Source: Anaeromyxobacteraceae bacterium
GTDB lineage: Bacteria > Myxococcota > Myxococcia > Myxococcales > Anaeromyxobacteraceae
Assembly: GCA_047602405.1 (NCBI GenBank)
Contig: JASGHJ010000001.1
Coordinates: 832,001-896,000 of the forward strand
DNA length: 64,000 nucleotides
Reading direction: 5' to 3'
Shown: piece after piece, positions 33,474 through 43,523 of the stretch
How the letters are laid out: every line of letters begins with the position of its first letter
Position numbering within the stretch: the stretch's first letter is position 1
Made by a program: the position numbers and the translations under genes
The notes under the pieces: model-generated
The model's input: the letters and a program-made list of their open reading frames with translations, nothing else
The model's database searches: none
Told to the model about the DNA's origin: nothing

Positions 33474-34228
33474 GCCCTGCGGACCTCGGGGCTCGCGAGG
33501 AGCTCCTGGCCGGTGCCGGTCATCACGACGTTGCCGGTCTCGAGCACGTAGGCGCGGTGCGCGAGCTGGAGCGCCTTGTGCGCGTTCTGCTCCACGAGGA
33601 GCAGCGCGACGCCGGCCTGGTTCACCTCGCGCAGCACGCCGAAGATGCGCTCGACGACCTGCGGGGCGAGGCCGAGCGACGGCTCGTCGAGCAGGAGCAG
33701 CTTCGGCCGGCTCATCATCGCCCGCGCGACCGCGAGCATCTGCTGCTCGCCGCCGGAGAGCGTGCCGGCGACCTGCGCGCGGCGCTCGGCGAGGATGGGG
33801 AAGAGCGCGTACTGCTTCTCGGCGTCGGCGGCGATGCCGGGCTTGTCGCTCCGGAGGAACGCGCCGAGCTCGAGGTTCTCCTTCACCGTGAGGTTCAGGA
33901 AGATCCCGCGCCCCTCCGGCGCGTGCGCCATGCCGCGCGCGACGCACGCGTGCGAGGGGAGCCCGGTGATCTCCTCGCCGCGGAAGGTGATGGAGCCGCC
34001 GGACGGGCGGAGCATCTTGGAGACCGCGCGGAGCGTGGTGGTCTTGCCGGCGCCGTTCGCGCCGATCAGCGCCACGACCTGGCCCTCGTCGACCGTGAGG
34101 GAGACGCCGCGCAGGGCCTCGATGGCGCCGTAGTGGACCTTGAGGTCCTTGACGGTGAGGATCGGACGCCCCTCGTCTCCGGCCTGCTTCGCAGGCCTAC
34201 GCTCGGGGCTGACGGGGGTGGTGTTCAT
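33458..34228 (-). CDS. livF: Branched-chain amino acid ABC transporter ATPase
   Basis: GANGAGKTT, PEGRGIF, LSGGEQQM, LDEPSLGLAP, VEQNA. Confidence 0.95.
   Translation of the reverse strand: MNTTPVSPERRPAKQAGDEGRPILTVKDLKVHYGAIEALRGVSLTVDEGQVVALIGANGAGKTTTLRAVSKMLRPSGGSITFRGEEITGLPSHACVARGMAHAPEGRGIFLNLTVKENLELGAFLRSDKPGIAADAEKQYALFPILAERRAQVAGTLSGGEQQMLAVARAMMSRPKLLLLDEPSLGLAPQVVERIFGVLREVNQAGVALLLVEQNAHKALQLAHRAYVLETGNVVMTGTGQELLASPEVRRAYLGE
34167..34215. repeat. REP-like element within the livF 5' end
   Basis: CGCCCCTCGTCTCC-GGCCTGC-TTC-GCAGGCC-TACGCTCGGGGCTGACGG; read as PVSPERRPAKQAGDEGR. Confidence 0.75.
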
Positions 34229-34259
34229 GGGGTTGCGCCGCCCGGCACGGTGTCGGTGT

Positions 34260-35087
34260 TCATGGGGTTGCGTTCCCCGGCGCGCCGCCCGGCACCGCGA
34301 GCTTCTTCTCCTCGAGGTAGGCGTCGCCGAGGTACGCCTCGATGACCTTCGGGTCGCGCCGCACCGCGGCCGGGTCGCCGCGGGCGATCGTCACGCCGTG
34401 GTCGAGCACGAGCAGGCGCTCGGAGACGCCCATCACGAGCTTCATGTCGTGCTCGATGACGAGGATCGCGAGGCCGAACCGGTCGCGGATGGACCGGATG
34501 AGCGCCATGAGGTCGTTCTTCTCGGCGGCGTTCATGCCGGCGGCGGGCTCGTCGAGGCAGAGCACCTTCGGGCCGGTCGCGAGCGCGCGGGCGATCTCGA
34601 GCCGGCGCTGCTCGCCGTAGGGGAGGTTCTTCGCGAGCTCGTCCCGGCGGTGGGAGAGCCCCATGACCCCGAGGAACTCCTCGGCGCGGGCGAGGATGCG
34701 GGCCTCCTCGACGCCGTGCTTGCCGGTGAGGAAGAGCGCGTGGAAGAAGCCGGTCGCGGCCTTCGCGTGGCAGGCCACCCGCACGTTGTCGAGCGCGGTG
34801 AGCTCCTTGAAGAGCCGGATGTTCTGGAAGGTGCGGGCGACCCCGCGCCCGCAGATCTCGTGGGGCCGCAGGCCGTTCACGAGCTCGCCGCCCACCCGGA
34901 CCTCGCCGGAGGTGGGCGCGTAGACGCCGGTGATGGCGTTGAAGGCGGTGGTCTTGCCGGCGCCGTTCGGGCCGATGAGCCCGACGAGCTCGCCGGGCTG
35001 CATGACGAGGTCGAACTCGGCGAGGGCCTTGAGCCCCCCGAACTGCATCGTGACGCCCTTGACCTCCAGCGGGGCGGGCGCGCTCAC
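34260..35087 (-). CDS. livG: Branched-chain amino acid ABC transporter ATPase
   Basis: GPNGAGKTT, RTFQNIRLF, LPYGEQRRLEIARAL, LDEPAAG, IEHDM. Confidence 0.95.
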   Translation of the reverse strand: MSAPAPLEVKGVTMQFGGLKALAEFDLVMQPGELVGLIGPNGAGKTTAFNAITGVYAPTSGEVRVGGELVNGLRPHEICGRGVARTFQNIRLFKELTALDNVRVACHAKAATGFFHALFLTGKHGVEEARILARAEEFLGVMGLSHRRDELAKNLPYGEQRRLEIARALATGPKVLCLDEPAAGMNAAEKNDLMALIRSIRDRFGLAILVIEHDMKLVMGVSERLLVLDHGVTIARGDPAAVRRDPKVIEAYLGDAYLEEKKLAVPGGAPGNATP

Positions 35088-36085
35088 GCGGCACCTCCCG
35101 GCTTCGCCCAGGGCAGCCGCTTCCAGACCGGCAGGTGCCACAGCTCGCGGGTGCCGAAGAGCCCCTGCGGCCGCGCGAGCATGAGCACGATGAGAAGGGC
35201 CGCGTAGCCGACCATGCGGTACTGGTCGACGCCGCGCAGGCGCTCGAGGAGCCAGGTGAGGGTCACGGCGGAGATGATGGAGCCGGTGATGGAGCCGAGG
35301 CCGCCGAGCACGACGAAGACCACGACCTCGATCGACTTCACGAAGTTGAAGGAGCGCGGCGTCGCGAGCTGGAGGAAGTGGACGAGGAGCCCGCCGGCGA
35401 GGCCGGCGTAGGCGGACGAGATTACGAAGGCCCGCACCTTGTAGCCGACGGTGTCGACGCCCATCGCCTCGGCGGCGATCTCGTCCTCGCGGATGGCGAA
35501 GAGCGCGCGCCCCTCGGAGGAGGCCGAGAGCCGCCGCGCCATGATCACGGTCGCGATGACGCCGGCGCCCACCCAGGTGAGGTTCGTGTGCTTCGGGAGC
35601 CCGGAGAGGCCGGTCGCCTGGCCGAGGAACTTCAGGTTCTCGATGATCGACCGGATGATCTCGCCGAAGCCGAGCGTCACGATGGCGAGGTAGTCGCCGC
35701 GCAGGCGGAGCGACGGGAGCCCGACGAGGAGCCCGGCCAGCGCCGCCATGCCCATCCCGGCCGCGAGCGCGAGCGCGAAGATCACGTGGTCGCTCATCGC
35801 CTCGGGCAGGAAGGCGAGCTGCACGTCGGCGAGCGCGAGGGTGATCTTCGCCGAGGTGTACGCGCCCACCGCCATGAAGCCGGCGTGGCCGAGCGAGAAC
35901 TGCCCGGTGAAGCCGTTCACGACGTTGAGCGAGACCGCGAGGATGACCGCGATGCCGATGTTGACGAGCTCGTAGACGAGCGCGGTGGCCCCCGCCGCCT
36001 CGAGCGAGCGCTGGGCGAGGAGCAGGATCGGGATCCCGACCAGGAACGGCAGCGTCGAGCGGAGGAAGACCTTGAGGGACGCCAC
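35084..36085 (-). CDS. livM: Branched-chain amino acid ABC permease
   Basis: GQFSLGHAGF, LRLRGDYLAIVTLGFGEI, AIREDEIAA. Confidence 0.95.
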   Translation of the reverse strand: MASLKVFLRSTLPFLVGIPILLLAQRSLEAAGATALVYELVNIGIAVILAVSLNVVNGFTGQFSLGHAGFMAVGAYTSAKITLALADVQLAFLPEAMSDHVIFALALAAGMGMAALAGLLVGLPSLRLRGDYLAIVTLGFGEIIRSIIENLKFLGQATGLSGLPKHTNLTWVGAGVIATVIMARRLSASSEGRALFAIREDEIAAEAMGVDTVGYKVRAFVISSAYAGLAGGLLVHFLQLATPRSFNFVKSIEVVVFVVLGGLGSITGSIISAVTLTWLLERLRGVDQYRMVGYAALLIVLMLARPQGLFGTRELWHLPVWKRLPWAKPGGAA

Positions 36086-37018
36086 CTAGACCTTCTCCAC
36101 CGTGACGCGGCCGAAGAGCCCCTCGGGCCGGAAGAGGAGGACGAGGATCAGGATCGTGAAGGCGATCGCGTCGCGGTACGAGGACAGCGCGTAGCCCGCG
36201 ACGTACTCCTCGGCGAGCCCGAGCATGAGCCCGCCCGCCATCGCGCCCGGCACGCTGCCGATGCCGCCGAGCACCGCGGCGACGAAGGCCTTCAGGCCCG
36301 GCATGAGCCCGAAGAGGGGATCGATCTTGTAGCGGGAGACGCCGTTGATGATGCCGGCGGCGGCGGCGAGCATCGAGCCGAGCACGAAGGTGCCGGAGAT
36401 GATCCGGTTGACCGGGATCCCCATCAGCCCCGCGACGTTCGGGTCGAACGAGACCGCGCGCATCGCGGTGCCGAACTTCGTCCGGTAGACGATGAACTGC
36501 AGCGCGATCATGAGCCCGACCGCGACCGCGAAGCCGACGAGGTCGTAGTTGGACACGTTCACGCCGCCGAGGATCGTCCAGGACCGGTACTCGACGAGCG
36601 ACGGGAAGAAGCGCGGCGTGGGGCCGGGCGGGAACTCGATCGGGCCCGAGGTGAGCGGCCGCAGCTGGAAGCCGTACTCGAGCAGGAAGGAGACGCCGAT
36701 CGCGGTGATGAGCGAGGTGAGCCGCGGGCGCGAGCGGAGCGGCCGGTAGGCGAGCCGCTCGATGAGGTACCCGAGGAGCCCGCAGACGAGCATCGAGCCC
36801 AGGGTGACCGCGAGCGCCTTCGACAGGCTGGGCGCGTCGGTCACGCCGAGGCCGGTCGCGAGGTAGTACCCGGCGAAGGCGCCCACCATGTAGACGTCGC
36901 CGTGGGCGAAGTTGATGAGCTTCAGGACGCCGTAGACCATCGTGTAGCCCAGCGCGATGAGGGCGTAGATGGTCCCGAGCGAGAGCCCGTTGAAGAGGTG
37001 CTGGAGGAACTCGGTCAC
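36086..37018 (-). CDS. livH: Branched-chain amino acid ABC permease
   Basis: IYALIALGYTMVYGVLKLINFAHG, KAFVAAVLGGIG. Confidence 0.95.
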   Translation of the reverse strand: MTEFLQHLFNGLSLGTIYALIALGYTMVYGVLKLINFAHGDVYMVGAFAGYYLATGLGVTDAPSLSKALAVTLGSMLVCGLLGYLIERLAYRPLRSRPRLTSLITAIGVSFLLEYGFQLRPLTSGPIEFPPGPTPRFFPSLVEYRSWTILGGVNVSNYDLVGFAVAVGLMIALQFIVYRTKFGTAMRAVSFDPNVAGLMGIPVNRIISGTFVLGSMLAAAAGIINGVSRYKIDPLFGLMPGLKAFVAAVLGGIGSVPGAMAGGLMLGLAEEYVAGYALSSYRDAIAFTILILVLLFRPEGLFGRVTVEKV

Positions 37019-38238
37019 TTGGTCGCGGTGGCCGGAGCGTCCGGCTGGATCGTCGCCACGTACTTGCCGACCCCGTCCTTGATGCCGAGGACGACGGCGG
37101 GCTTCACGGCGTTGTGGTCGGCGTCGATGGTGATGACGCCCGTGACGCCCTGGAAGTCCTTCGTGGCGGCGATCGCGGCGGCGAGCGCCGGGCCGGAGGC
37201 GTCCTTCGCGCGCCCGAGCGCCTCGATCGCGATCTTGGCGGCGTCGTAGCCGGTGGCGGCGAGGCCGTCCGGGACCGCCTTGTAGCGGGCCTGGTACTTC
37301 TTCACGAAGTCCTGGATGCGCGGCGCGGGATCCTCGGGCGAGTAGTGGTTCGAGAAGTACGAGCCCTCGAGCGCCTTCCCGCCGATCTCGAAGAGCTTCG
37401 GCGAGTCCCACCCGTCGCCGCCCATGAGCGGCGCCTTGATGCCGAGCTCGCGCGCCTGCCGCGCGATGAGGCCGACGTGCGTGTAGTAGCCGGGCACGTA
37501 GATGCCGTCGGGGTTCTTCGCCTTGATGGCGGTGAGCTGCGCCTTGAAGTCGGAGTCGGTGTCCTTGTAGCTCTGGTCGTCGACGATCGTCCCGCCGAGC
37601 TCCTTGAACTTGGTCAGGAAGAAGTCGGCGAGCCCCACCGAGTAGTCGCTGCCCACGTCGCGGAGCACCGCGACCTTCGAGAGCTTCAGGTTCTCGCGGG
37701 CGAACTTCGCCATCACGGTGCCCTGGAAGGGGTCGATGAAGCACACGCGGAAGACGAACGGCCGGGTGCGCGCGCCGTCCTTCGTGACCTTCTGGTTGGT
37801 CGACGAGGGCGTGATCATCGGGACCTGGTTCGCGTCGGCGATCGGCGCCATCGCGAGCGAGCGCGTGGAGGCGACCTCGCCGAGGAGGACCGCGACCTTG
37901 TCCTGGACGATGAGCCGGGTGGCCGCGACGGCGGACTCCTCCGGCTTGCCCTGGTTGTCGTAGGTCTTCACCTCCAGCGTACGGCCGTTCACGCCGCCTT
38001 TGGCGTTCACCTCGTCGACCGCGAGGGCGATGCCCTTGTCGGTCGAGTCGCCGAAGGTCGCCTCGGTGCCGGTGAGGGACGCGACGTGGCCGATCAGGAT
38101 GCGGCCGGTGCTCGGGGCGGCGGACGGGGCGGCGGCAGCGCCGGGCTCGGGCGTCGCGCCGGCGGACTTCTTCTGCTCGCAGGCCACGAGGGCGACGAGC
38201 GCCACGGCGAGGGCGGGCAGCGCACGGGGGTTGCGCAT
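37015..38238 (-). CDS. livK: Branched-chain amino acid ABC substrate-binding lipoprotein
   Basis: Lipobox LVAC; SLTG.EATFG, VNAKGGVNG, FRVCFIDPFQG, GGDGWDS. Confidence 0.9.
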   Translation of the reverse strand: MRNPRALPALAVALVALVACEQKKSAGATPEPGAAAAPSAAPSTGRILIGHVASLTGTEATFGDSTDKGIALAVDEVNAKGGVNGRTLEVKTYDNQGKPEESAVAATRLIVQDKVAVLLGEVASTRSLAMAPIADANQVPMITPSSTNQKVTKDGARTRPFVFRVCFIDPFQGTVMAKFARENLKLSKVAVLRDVGSDYSVGLADFFLTKFKELGGTIVDDQSYKDTDSDFKAQLTAIKAKNPDGIYVPGYYTHVGLIARQARELGIKAPLMGGDGWDSPKLFEIGGKALEGSYFSNHYSPEDPAPRIQDFVKKYQARYKAVPDGLAATGYDAAKIAIEALGRAKDASGPALAAAIAATKDFQGVTGVITIDADHNAVKPAVVLGIKDGVGKYVATIQPDAPATATK

Positions 38239-38363
38239 CGGGTGCCTCCGAAGGGACCGAAAGGACCTGGAAATCGAGGCTACTTGTTAGCACGGGGTGG
38301 GTCCTTCGGCCACCCTCGACGCACGTTGATCCCCCGCCCACACGGCCGTATCGTGCGGGCTCC

Positions 38364-39735
38364 GTGGCGCACCGGATCCTCATCGTCGACGACAACCAGG
38401 AGCTGCTCAACCTCCTCGCCCGACTCATGGAGGCGGAGGGGTGGATCCCCGTGCCGGCCGCGAAGGGGCGGCTCGCCATCGACAAGATCGCGACGGAGCG
38501 GCCCTCGGTCGCCATCGTCGACGTCCTCCTGCCCGACATGATGGGCTACGAGGTCGGCCAGGCGCTCAAGCAGGCCGGGGTCCCGTACGTCTTCATGACC
38601 GGCGTCTTCAAGGGCGGCCGGGCGGCCACCGACGCGCGCACCCAGTACGGGGCGTCCGGCTACTTCGAGAAGCCCTTCGAGGCGAAGAAGCTCGTCGACG
38701 CACTGCGGGTCCTCATGCCCGCCCTGACCCCCGCGCCGGGTGTGGACGAGGAGCCCGCGCGGGCGGACTTCGACGTCGAGGTCGCGGTCGACAACGACGA
38801 GCCGGTCCAGGGCATCGACCTCACCGGCAAGGTGACGGTCACCGAGGACGGGAAGATCTCGGCGGTGCTGTCCGGCGACACGGTGCGGGTGAGCGCGGTG
38901 CCGATGCGGCCCGGCGCGAGGCCGACCCCGGCGCCCGAGCCCGAGCCGCCCGAGGTGGAGCTCGAGCTCACGCCCGCCGACGACGAGCCCCCGGGTCCCG
39001 CTCCGGCCGCGGCCGCGAGGGCGTCCGCGCCGAACGTCGCCGCCGAGGGCCGGCTGCAGGACAACCTGCCCGAGCTGATCACCGCCTTCTACCTCGCCCA
39101 GCAGACGGGTGAGCTCACGCTCCAGCGCAACAAGGTCAGGAAGACGATCTACTTCGAGAAGGGGCGGCCCTGCTTCGCCATCTCGAACCTCGTCTCCGAC
39201 CGCTTCGGCCCGTTCCTCGTGCGGGTCGGCAAGATCAGCTCCGCGCAGCTCGAGCTCTGCCAGGCCGCCGCCGACAAGACCGGCCGCCGCACCGGCGACG
39301 TGCTCGTGGAGATGGGGCTCCTCAAGGACACCGAGAAGCTCTACTACGTCGCACAGCAGGTGAAGGCGATCGTCTACTCGACCTTCGGCTGGGAGACCGG
39401 CGAGTTCCGGATCCACTTCGCCGACAAGGCCGCGCAGGAGGCGATCAAGAATCGACCTCCACCCCGCGAACCTGATCACCCGCGGCGTGAAGAAGCTCTA
39501 CAAGCCCGAGCGGCTGTTCCGGCTGATCTCGCCGGAGGACCACCTCATCCCCTCCCAGCAGCCGAACTACGCGCTCTACGAGGTGGAGCTCGATCGCTGG
39601 GAGGCGGAGCTGCTCCCGAAGATCGACGGGACGCGCACGGTCGCCGAGCTGATCCACCTCGCCCAGCGGCCCGAGCACGCGCTGTACGGGTTCCTGGTCG
39701 GGATGGTCGCGCTCAAGATCCTCGAGCGCCGGTAG
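38364..39735 (+). CDS. Response regulator with C-terminal DUF4388/PATAN-like domain; +1 frameshift at about 39450
   Basis: REC (ILIVDDN, DVLLPD, KPF); TGELTL..KTIYFEKG; removing one A gives AIKIDLHPANLITRGVKK and joins ORF 39487-39735. Confidence 0.8.
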
Positions 39736-40291
39736 CGCGCTCGACCTTGCGGAGCGAGAGCTCCGCCTCCTGCCGCACCTGGGCGTCGGCGTCGTGCGTG
39801 AGCTCCCGCAGCCGCGCAAGCGCTCGCGCCCGGAGGTCCTCCCGCCCGCAGCCCACGATGAGCGTCTCCAGTCCGTGCGGGACGAGGGCGCGCGCAGACG
39901 TCTGCGCGGTGCGAGAGAGCTCGACGAGCGCTGCGAGGGCGGGCTCGTCGGAGTAGCGGCGGCCGAGGAGCTCCGCGATGACGAAGGCGCCCATGAAGTC
40001 ACCGTGCTCGTCAAAGGCAGCGACGAGTGGCCCGCGGAGCGCCTCGCGCTGCGGGCCGGTCAGGAGCGGCCAAGCGTCGTCCAGGAAGTAGCAGAGCTTC
40101 CAGGAGTCCTCGAGGGCCAGGTAGTCCGGGCGCGCGAGGAGCCCGCGGATCCGGTCGATGGCCGCGTCGGGCAGCTCGGCGCACAGGCTCGCGTTTGTGC
40201 TCAGCTCGAGGGCGAGCGCGTGGAGCAAAGCGGACTCGTGTGCGTCGGCCGCCGCGGCGAGGTCCACCAGGATCGTCTCGATGTCACGCAT
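39713..40291 (-). CDS. Hypothetical HEAT-repeat-like protein
   Basis: Helical, acidic ORF; C-terminal LTHDADAQVRQEAELSL is HEAT-like. Confidence 0.55.
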   Translation of the reverse strand: MRDIETILVDLAAAADAHESALLHALALELSTNASLCAELPDAAIDRIRGLLARPDYLALEDSWKLCYFLDDAWPLLTGPQREALRGPLVAAFDEHGDFMGAFVIAELLGRRYSDEPALAALVELSRTAQTSARALVPHGLETLIVGCGREDLRARALARLRELTHDADAQVRQEAELSLRKVERATGARGS

Positions 40292-40368
40292 CGTGGTGGA
40301 CGGGGTCAGCCAGGCTGCGCCTTCCATGCGACCCTTCCTCCTCGAGCCGGTGTTCCGGTCGTCGGTGA

Positions 40369-40614
40369 CGAACGAGCGCCTCCGGTCGCTCGGGAGCACG
40401 CGTCCTCACATGCAGCGTACTCCTTCGCGCCGAGCCCTGCGACGAGCTGGCGGAGCTCTCGGCCGAGGTCATCGAGGACCGGGGTGACCTCGGTGCGCGA
40501 GGCCAGCAGGTGGTCAGGCTGGCCGTCACGGATCCCATGCTCCGCGGTGAGTACTTCGAGGTCGAGGTGCCGGTGGAGTGGCTGGCCAATCCACCGGCCC
40601 GCGCTCGCCAGTAG
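40369..40614 (+). pseudogene. Possible small gene remnant or frameshifted hypothetical protein
   Basis: Open frame with protein-like content (AEVIEDRGDLGARGQQVVRLAVTDPMLRGEYFEVEVPVEWL) but no suitable start codon in frame. Confidence 0.3.
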
Positions 40615-40740
40615 TCACGGCGGCGCTCATCACACAGTCAGGCCCGCTCGCGTCCCAAGAGCGCTCCTCGGCGAACTGCCAGCTTCGTCCACTGCCCCGG
40701 ACCGTGCGCACGACCAGTGCAATGCGCACCTTTCGGGGCG

Positions 40741-41757
40741 GTGCAGCTCCTCGACCTCGTCTTCGGCCTCTGGGCCGGCGGTCCACGGTTCTTCGCCGAC
40801 GGCTGGGGCGACGTCGCGGTGTACGAGCGGCTCGCGCCGCAGATGCTCGCGGCGCGGAAGATCCCGCCGGCGCGGATGACCCTCGGGCCGGCGCGGCCCT
40901 CGCTCGGCGGGCTCCTCGCGGAGGGCACCTTCCCAAGCCCGGAGCGCAGGCTGCCGAAGGGCTCGCGCACGGCGCGGGTGCGGCTCCTCCTGCCGCGCGG
41001 GAAGGTCCGGGGCGTCGCGCTCTACCTCGCGGCCTCGGGCGATCAGGGCTTCGCCGTGCGCCTGCCCTTCGCGGCGCCGCTCCTCGAGCACGGGCTCGGC
41101 GCGCTCGTGCTCGAGAACGCGTTCTACGGCTCGCGCCGGCCGGCGGCGCAGCACGCACACGCGGTCAGGTCGGTGCGCGCGCTCGGCCTCATGGCCGCGG
41201 CGACGCTCCAGGAGGGCCGCGCGCTCCTGCGCTGGCTGCACGAGGTCCGCGGCGTCGAGCGCGTGGGCGTCACCGGCTACAGCATGGGCGGTCAGCTCGC
41301 GGCGATGGTGGGCGCGGCGACACCGTTCCCGGTGGCGATCGTCCCGATCGCGGCGAGCTTCTCGCCGGACTCGGTGCTGCGCGAGGGCGTGCTCCGGGAC
41401 GTGCCGGACTGGACCGCGCTCGGCGGCCGGGACGTCCGCGAGCGGCTCCTCGAGACGGTGGCGCCGTTCTCGGTGGGCGCGCTGCCGCCGCCGGTGGAGC
41501 CTCGCGCGGCGATCGTGGTCGGGACCGCGTTCGACGGCGTCGTACCGCCGCAGGAGATGGTGAAGCTCGCGCACCACTGGCGGGGCTCGGAGCTCCGGTG
41601 GCTGCCCGCGGGGCACGTGAGCGCGGTGCTCCGGCACCAGCCGGCGATGCGGGAGGCCGTGCGGGACGCGTTCGAGCGGCTGGAGCAAACGGCGGTCGGC
41701 CGGGGCACGGACCTCCGGACGCGGCGCGGACGTCCATCGGCGACGCCCTCCTTGTGA
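40741..41757 (+). CDS. Alpha/beta hydrolase, ABHD18/DUF2048-like
   Basis: RFFADGWG, LAASGDQGF, LENAFYGSRRP, GYSMGG, GHVSA. Confidence 0.8.
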   Translation: MQLLDLVFGLWAGGPRFFADGWGDVAVYERLAPQMLAARKIPPARMTLGPARPSLGGLLAEGTFPSPERRLPKGSRTARVRLLLPRGKVRGVALYLAASGDQGFAVRLPFAAPLLEHGLGALVLENAFYGSRRPAAQHAHAVRSVRALGLMAAATLQEGRALLRWLHEVRGVERVGVTGYSMGGQLAAMVGAATPFPVAIVPIAASFSPDSVLREGVLRDVPDWTALGGRDVRERLLETVAPFSVGALPPPVEPRAAIVVGTAFDGVVPPQEMVKLAHHWRGSELRWLPAGHVSAVLRHQPAMREAVRDAFERLEQTAVGRGTDLRTRRGRPSATPSL

Positions 41758-41851
41758 TCTCGGTAGCTTCCCCTGGCACGGTCCGTGCGATCGCCCGGGA
41801 CTGGGGGCGGGTATGCCGCTCCGCACGCCCGGAGCTAGAATGAATCTCTCG

Positions 41852-42097
41852 ATGCGCGCCTTGAAGGCACACGTGAAGTCCGGCCGGCTGATACTCGACG
41901 AGCCTACGGATCGGCCCGAAGGCGAGGAGGTCCAGCTCGTTCCCCTCGACGAGGTACTGCTCGCCGGCGGCGACGGACTGGACTCGGCCGAGCGCGAGCG
42001 GCTTCACGAGTCGCTGCGGGAGAGCATCCGCCAGATGAGGGCCGGCCAGACCATCGACTCGGCCACGGTGCTCGAGCGTCTTCGCTCCCGGCGATGA
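41852..42097 (+). CDS. Putative antitoxin
   Basis: Small acidic ORF (KAHVKSGRLILDEPTD.PEGEEVQL...ERERLHESL); ATGA overlap with the toxin. Confidence 0.65.
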   Translation: MRALKAHVKSGRLILDEPTDRPEGEEVQLVPLDEVLLAGGDGLDSAERERLHESLRESIRQMRAGQTIDSATVLERLRSRR

Positions 42098-42391
42098 ACG
42101 CACGGTGGACTCCCCGCGCACTCGTCGAGGCCGAGCGCGCAGGGGACTGGTGGCGGGCTCATCGGCCCGCTGCGCCGGACCTCTTCCAGCTGGAGCTCGC
42201 AGAGGCGGTGCGACGCATCTCGGTGTTTCCAGGGTCCGGCCAGCCGTACTCGCGCGACGACTCCGGCCTGGTCGTTCGGCGTGTGCTGCTCACCGGGACC
42301 TTGAACCACCTCTACTACGCAGCCGAGGCAGGCGAGAATCACGGTGTTGTCCGTCTGGGGAGCGCTCCTGAAGGAGGGTCCAGACGTCTGA
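42094..42391 (+). CDS. ParE/RelE-like toxin; +1 frameshift at about 42337
   Basis: WTPRA...WW...AVRRISVFPGSG...VRRVLL....HLYY; removing one A gives EITVLSVWGA...DV* ending at 42391. Confidence 0.7.
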
Positions 42392-42406
42392 CCTGCACTC
42401 GCGCCT

Positions 42407-43510
42407 CTACGCCGTCGGATCATGCCCCGCCGCGAGCGCGGGGATCCGCGCGGCGAGCGCGAGGTGCCGCTCCGAGCGGAGCACGGCGCGCGCCGCCGCC
42501 GGGTCCGGCGGCGGGCCGGCCCAGCGCAGGAGGCCGGCGACGCGGGCGCGCGCCTCCTCCAGGCGGCCGGCGGGGACGCGGCGGGAGGCCACCGCCTCCC
42601 GGACGAGGTCGATGGCGCGGTGCTGAACCTCGGCGTGGTGGCAGACGAGGAGCGCGTCGACGCCGGCGGCGACCGCGCCGGGCGCCGACTCCTCGAGCGG
42701 GAAGTGCTCGGCGACCGCCTTCATCTCGAGGTCGTCGGAGATGACGCAGCCCTCGAAGCCGATCCGGCCGCGGAGCAGCATCATCACCTCGGGCGACAGC
42801 GTCGCCGGCCGGCGCCGGTCGAGCGCCTCGAAGACGACGTGGGCCGTCATGACCGAGGCGACCCCCGCGCGCGCGAGCGCGCGGAACGGCACGAGCTCCA
42901 CCTCGTCGAGCCGCGCGAGCGAGTGCGGCAGCCGGGGCAGGTCCTTGTGCGAGTCCTGGCTCGTGTCGCCGTGGCCGGGGAAGTGCTTCGCGCAGGCGGC
43001 GACGCCGGCGTCCTGCAGGCCGTGCGCGAGCGCGGCGCCGAGCGAGCCCACCTCGAGCGGATCGGCCGAGAAGGCGCGGTCGCCGATGACCGGGTTCGCG
43101 GGGTTGGTGTCGACGTCGACGACCGGCGCGTAGTCCTGGTCGATGCCGACCGCGCGGAGCTCACGGCCGAGGAGGCGTCCCACCTCGAGCGCGAGCCGCT
43201 CGTCGCCCGCCTGGCCGAGCGCGCGCATCGGGGGCAGCTCGGTGAAGCCCTGCGGCGCGCGCAGGCGGGCGACGCGGCCGCCCTCCTGGTCGATCGACAC
43301 GAGGAGCGGCCGGCCCGCGGCGCGCTTCAGCTCGGCGACGAGCGACGCGACCTGCTCGGCGTCGACCACGTTGCGCGAGAACAGGATGACCCCGTGCACG
43401 CCGCGCCGGATGAGCTCGAGCACCTCCGCGGACGGCGAGGTGCCCTGGAACCCCACGCAGAAGAGGCCGGCGACCTCGCGGTCGAGGGCGGCGGACGTCG
43501 TGGTGGTCAT
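42407..43510 (-). CDS. nagZ: Beta-N-acetylhexosaminidase (GH3)
   Basis: SIDQEGGRV, KHFPGHGDTSQDSH, VMTAH, ISDDLEM. Confidence 0.95.
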   Translation of the reverse strand: MTTTTSAALDREVAGLFCVGFQGTSPSAEVLELIRRGVHGVILFSRNVVDAEQVASLVAELKRAAGRPLLVSIDQEGGRVARLRAPQGFTELPPMRALGQAGDERLALEVGRLLGRELRAVGIDQDYAPVVDVDTNPANPVIGDRAFSADPLEVGSLGAALAHGLQDAGVAACAKHFPGHGDTSQDSHKDLPRLPHSLARLDEVELVPFRALARAGVASVMTAHVVFEALDRRRPATLSPEVMMLLRGRIGFEGCVISDDLEMKAVAEHFPLEESAPGAVAAGVDALLVCHHAEVQHRAIDLVREAVASRRVPAGRLEEARARVAGLLRWAGPPPDPAAARAVLRSERHLALAARIPALAAGHDPTA

Positions 43511-43523
43511 GCGGCTCCGGCGG

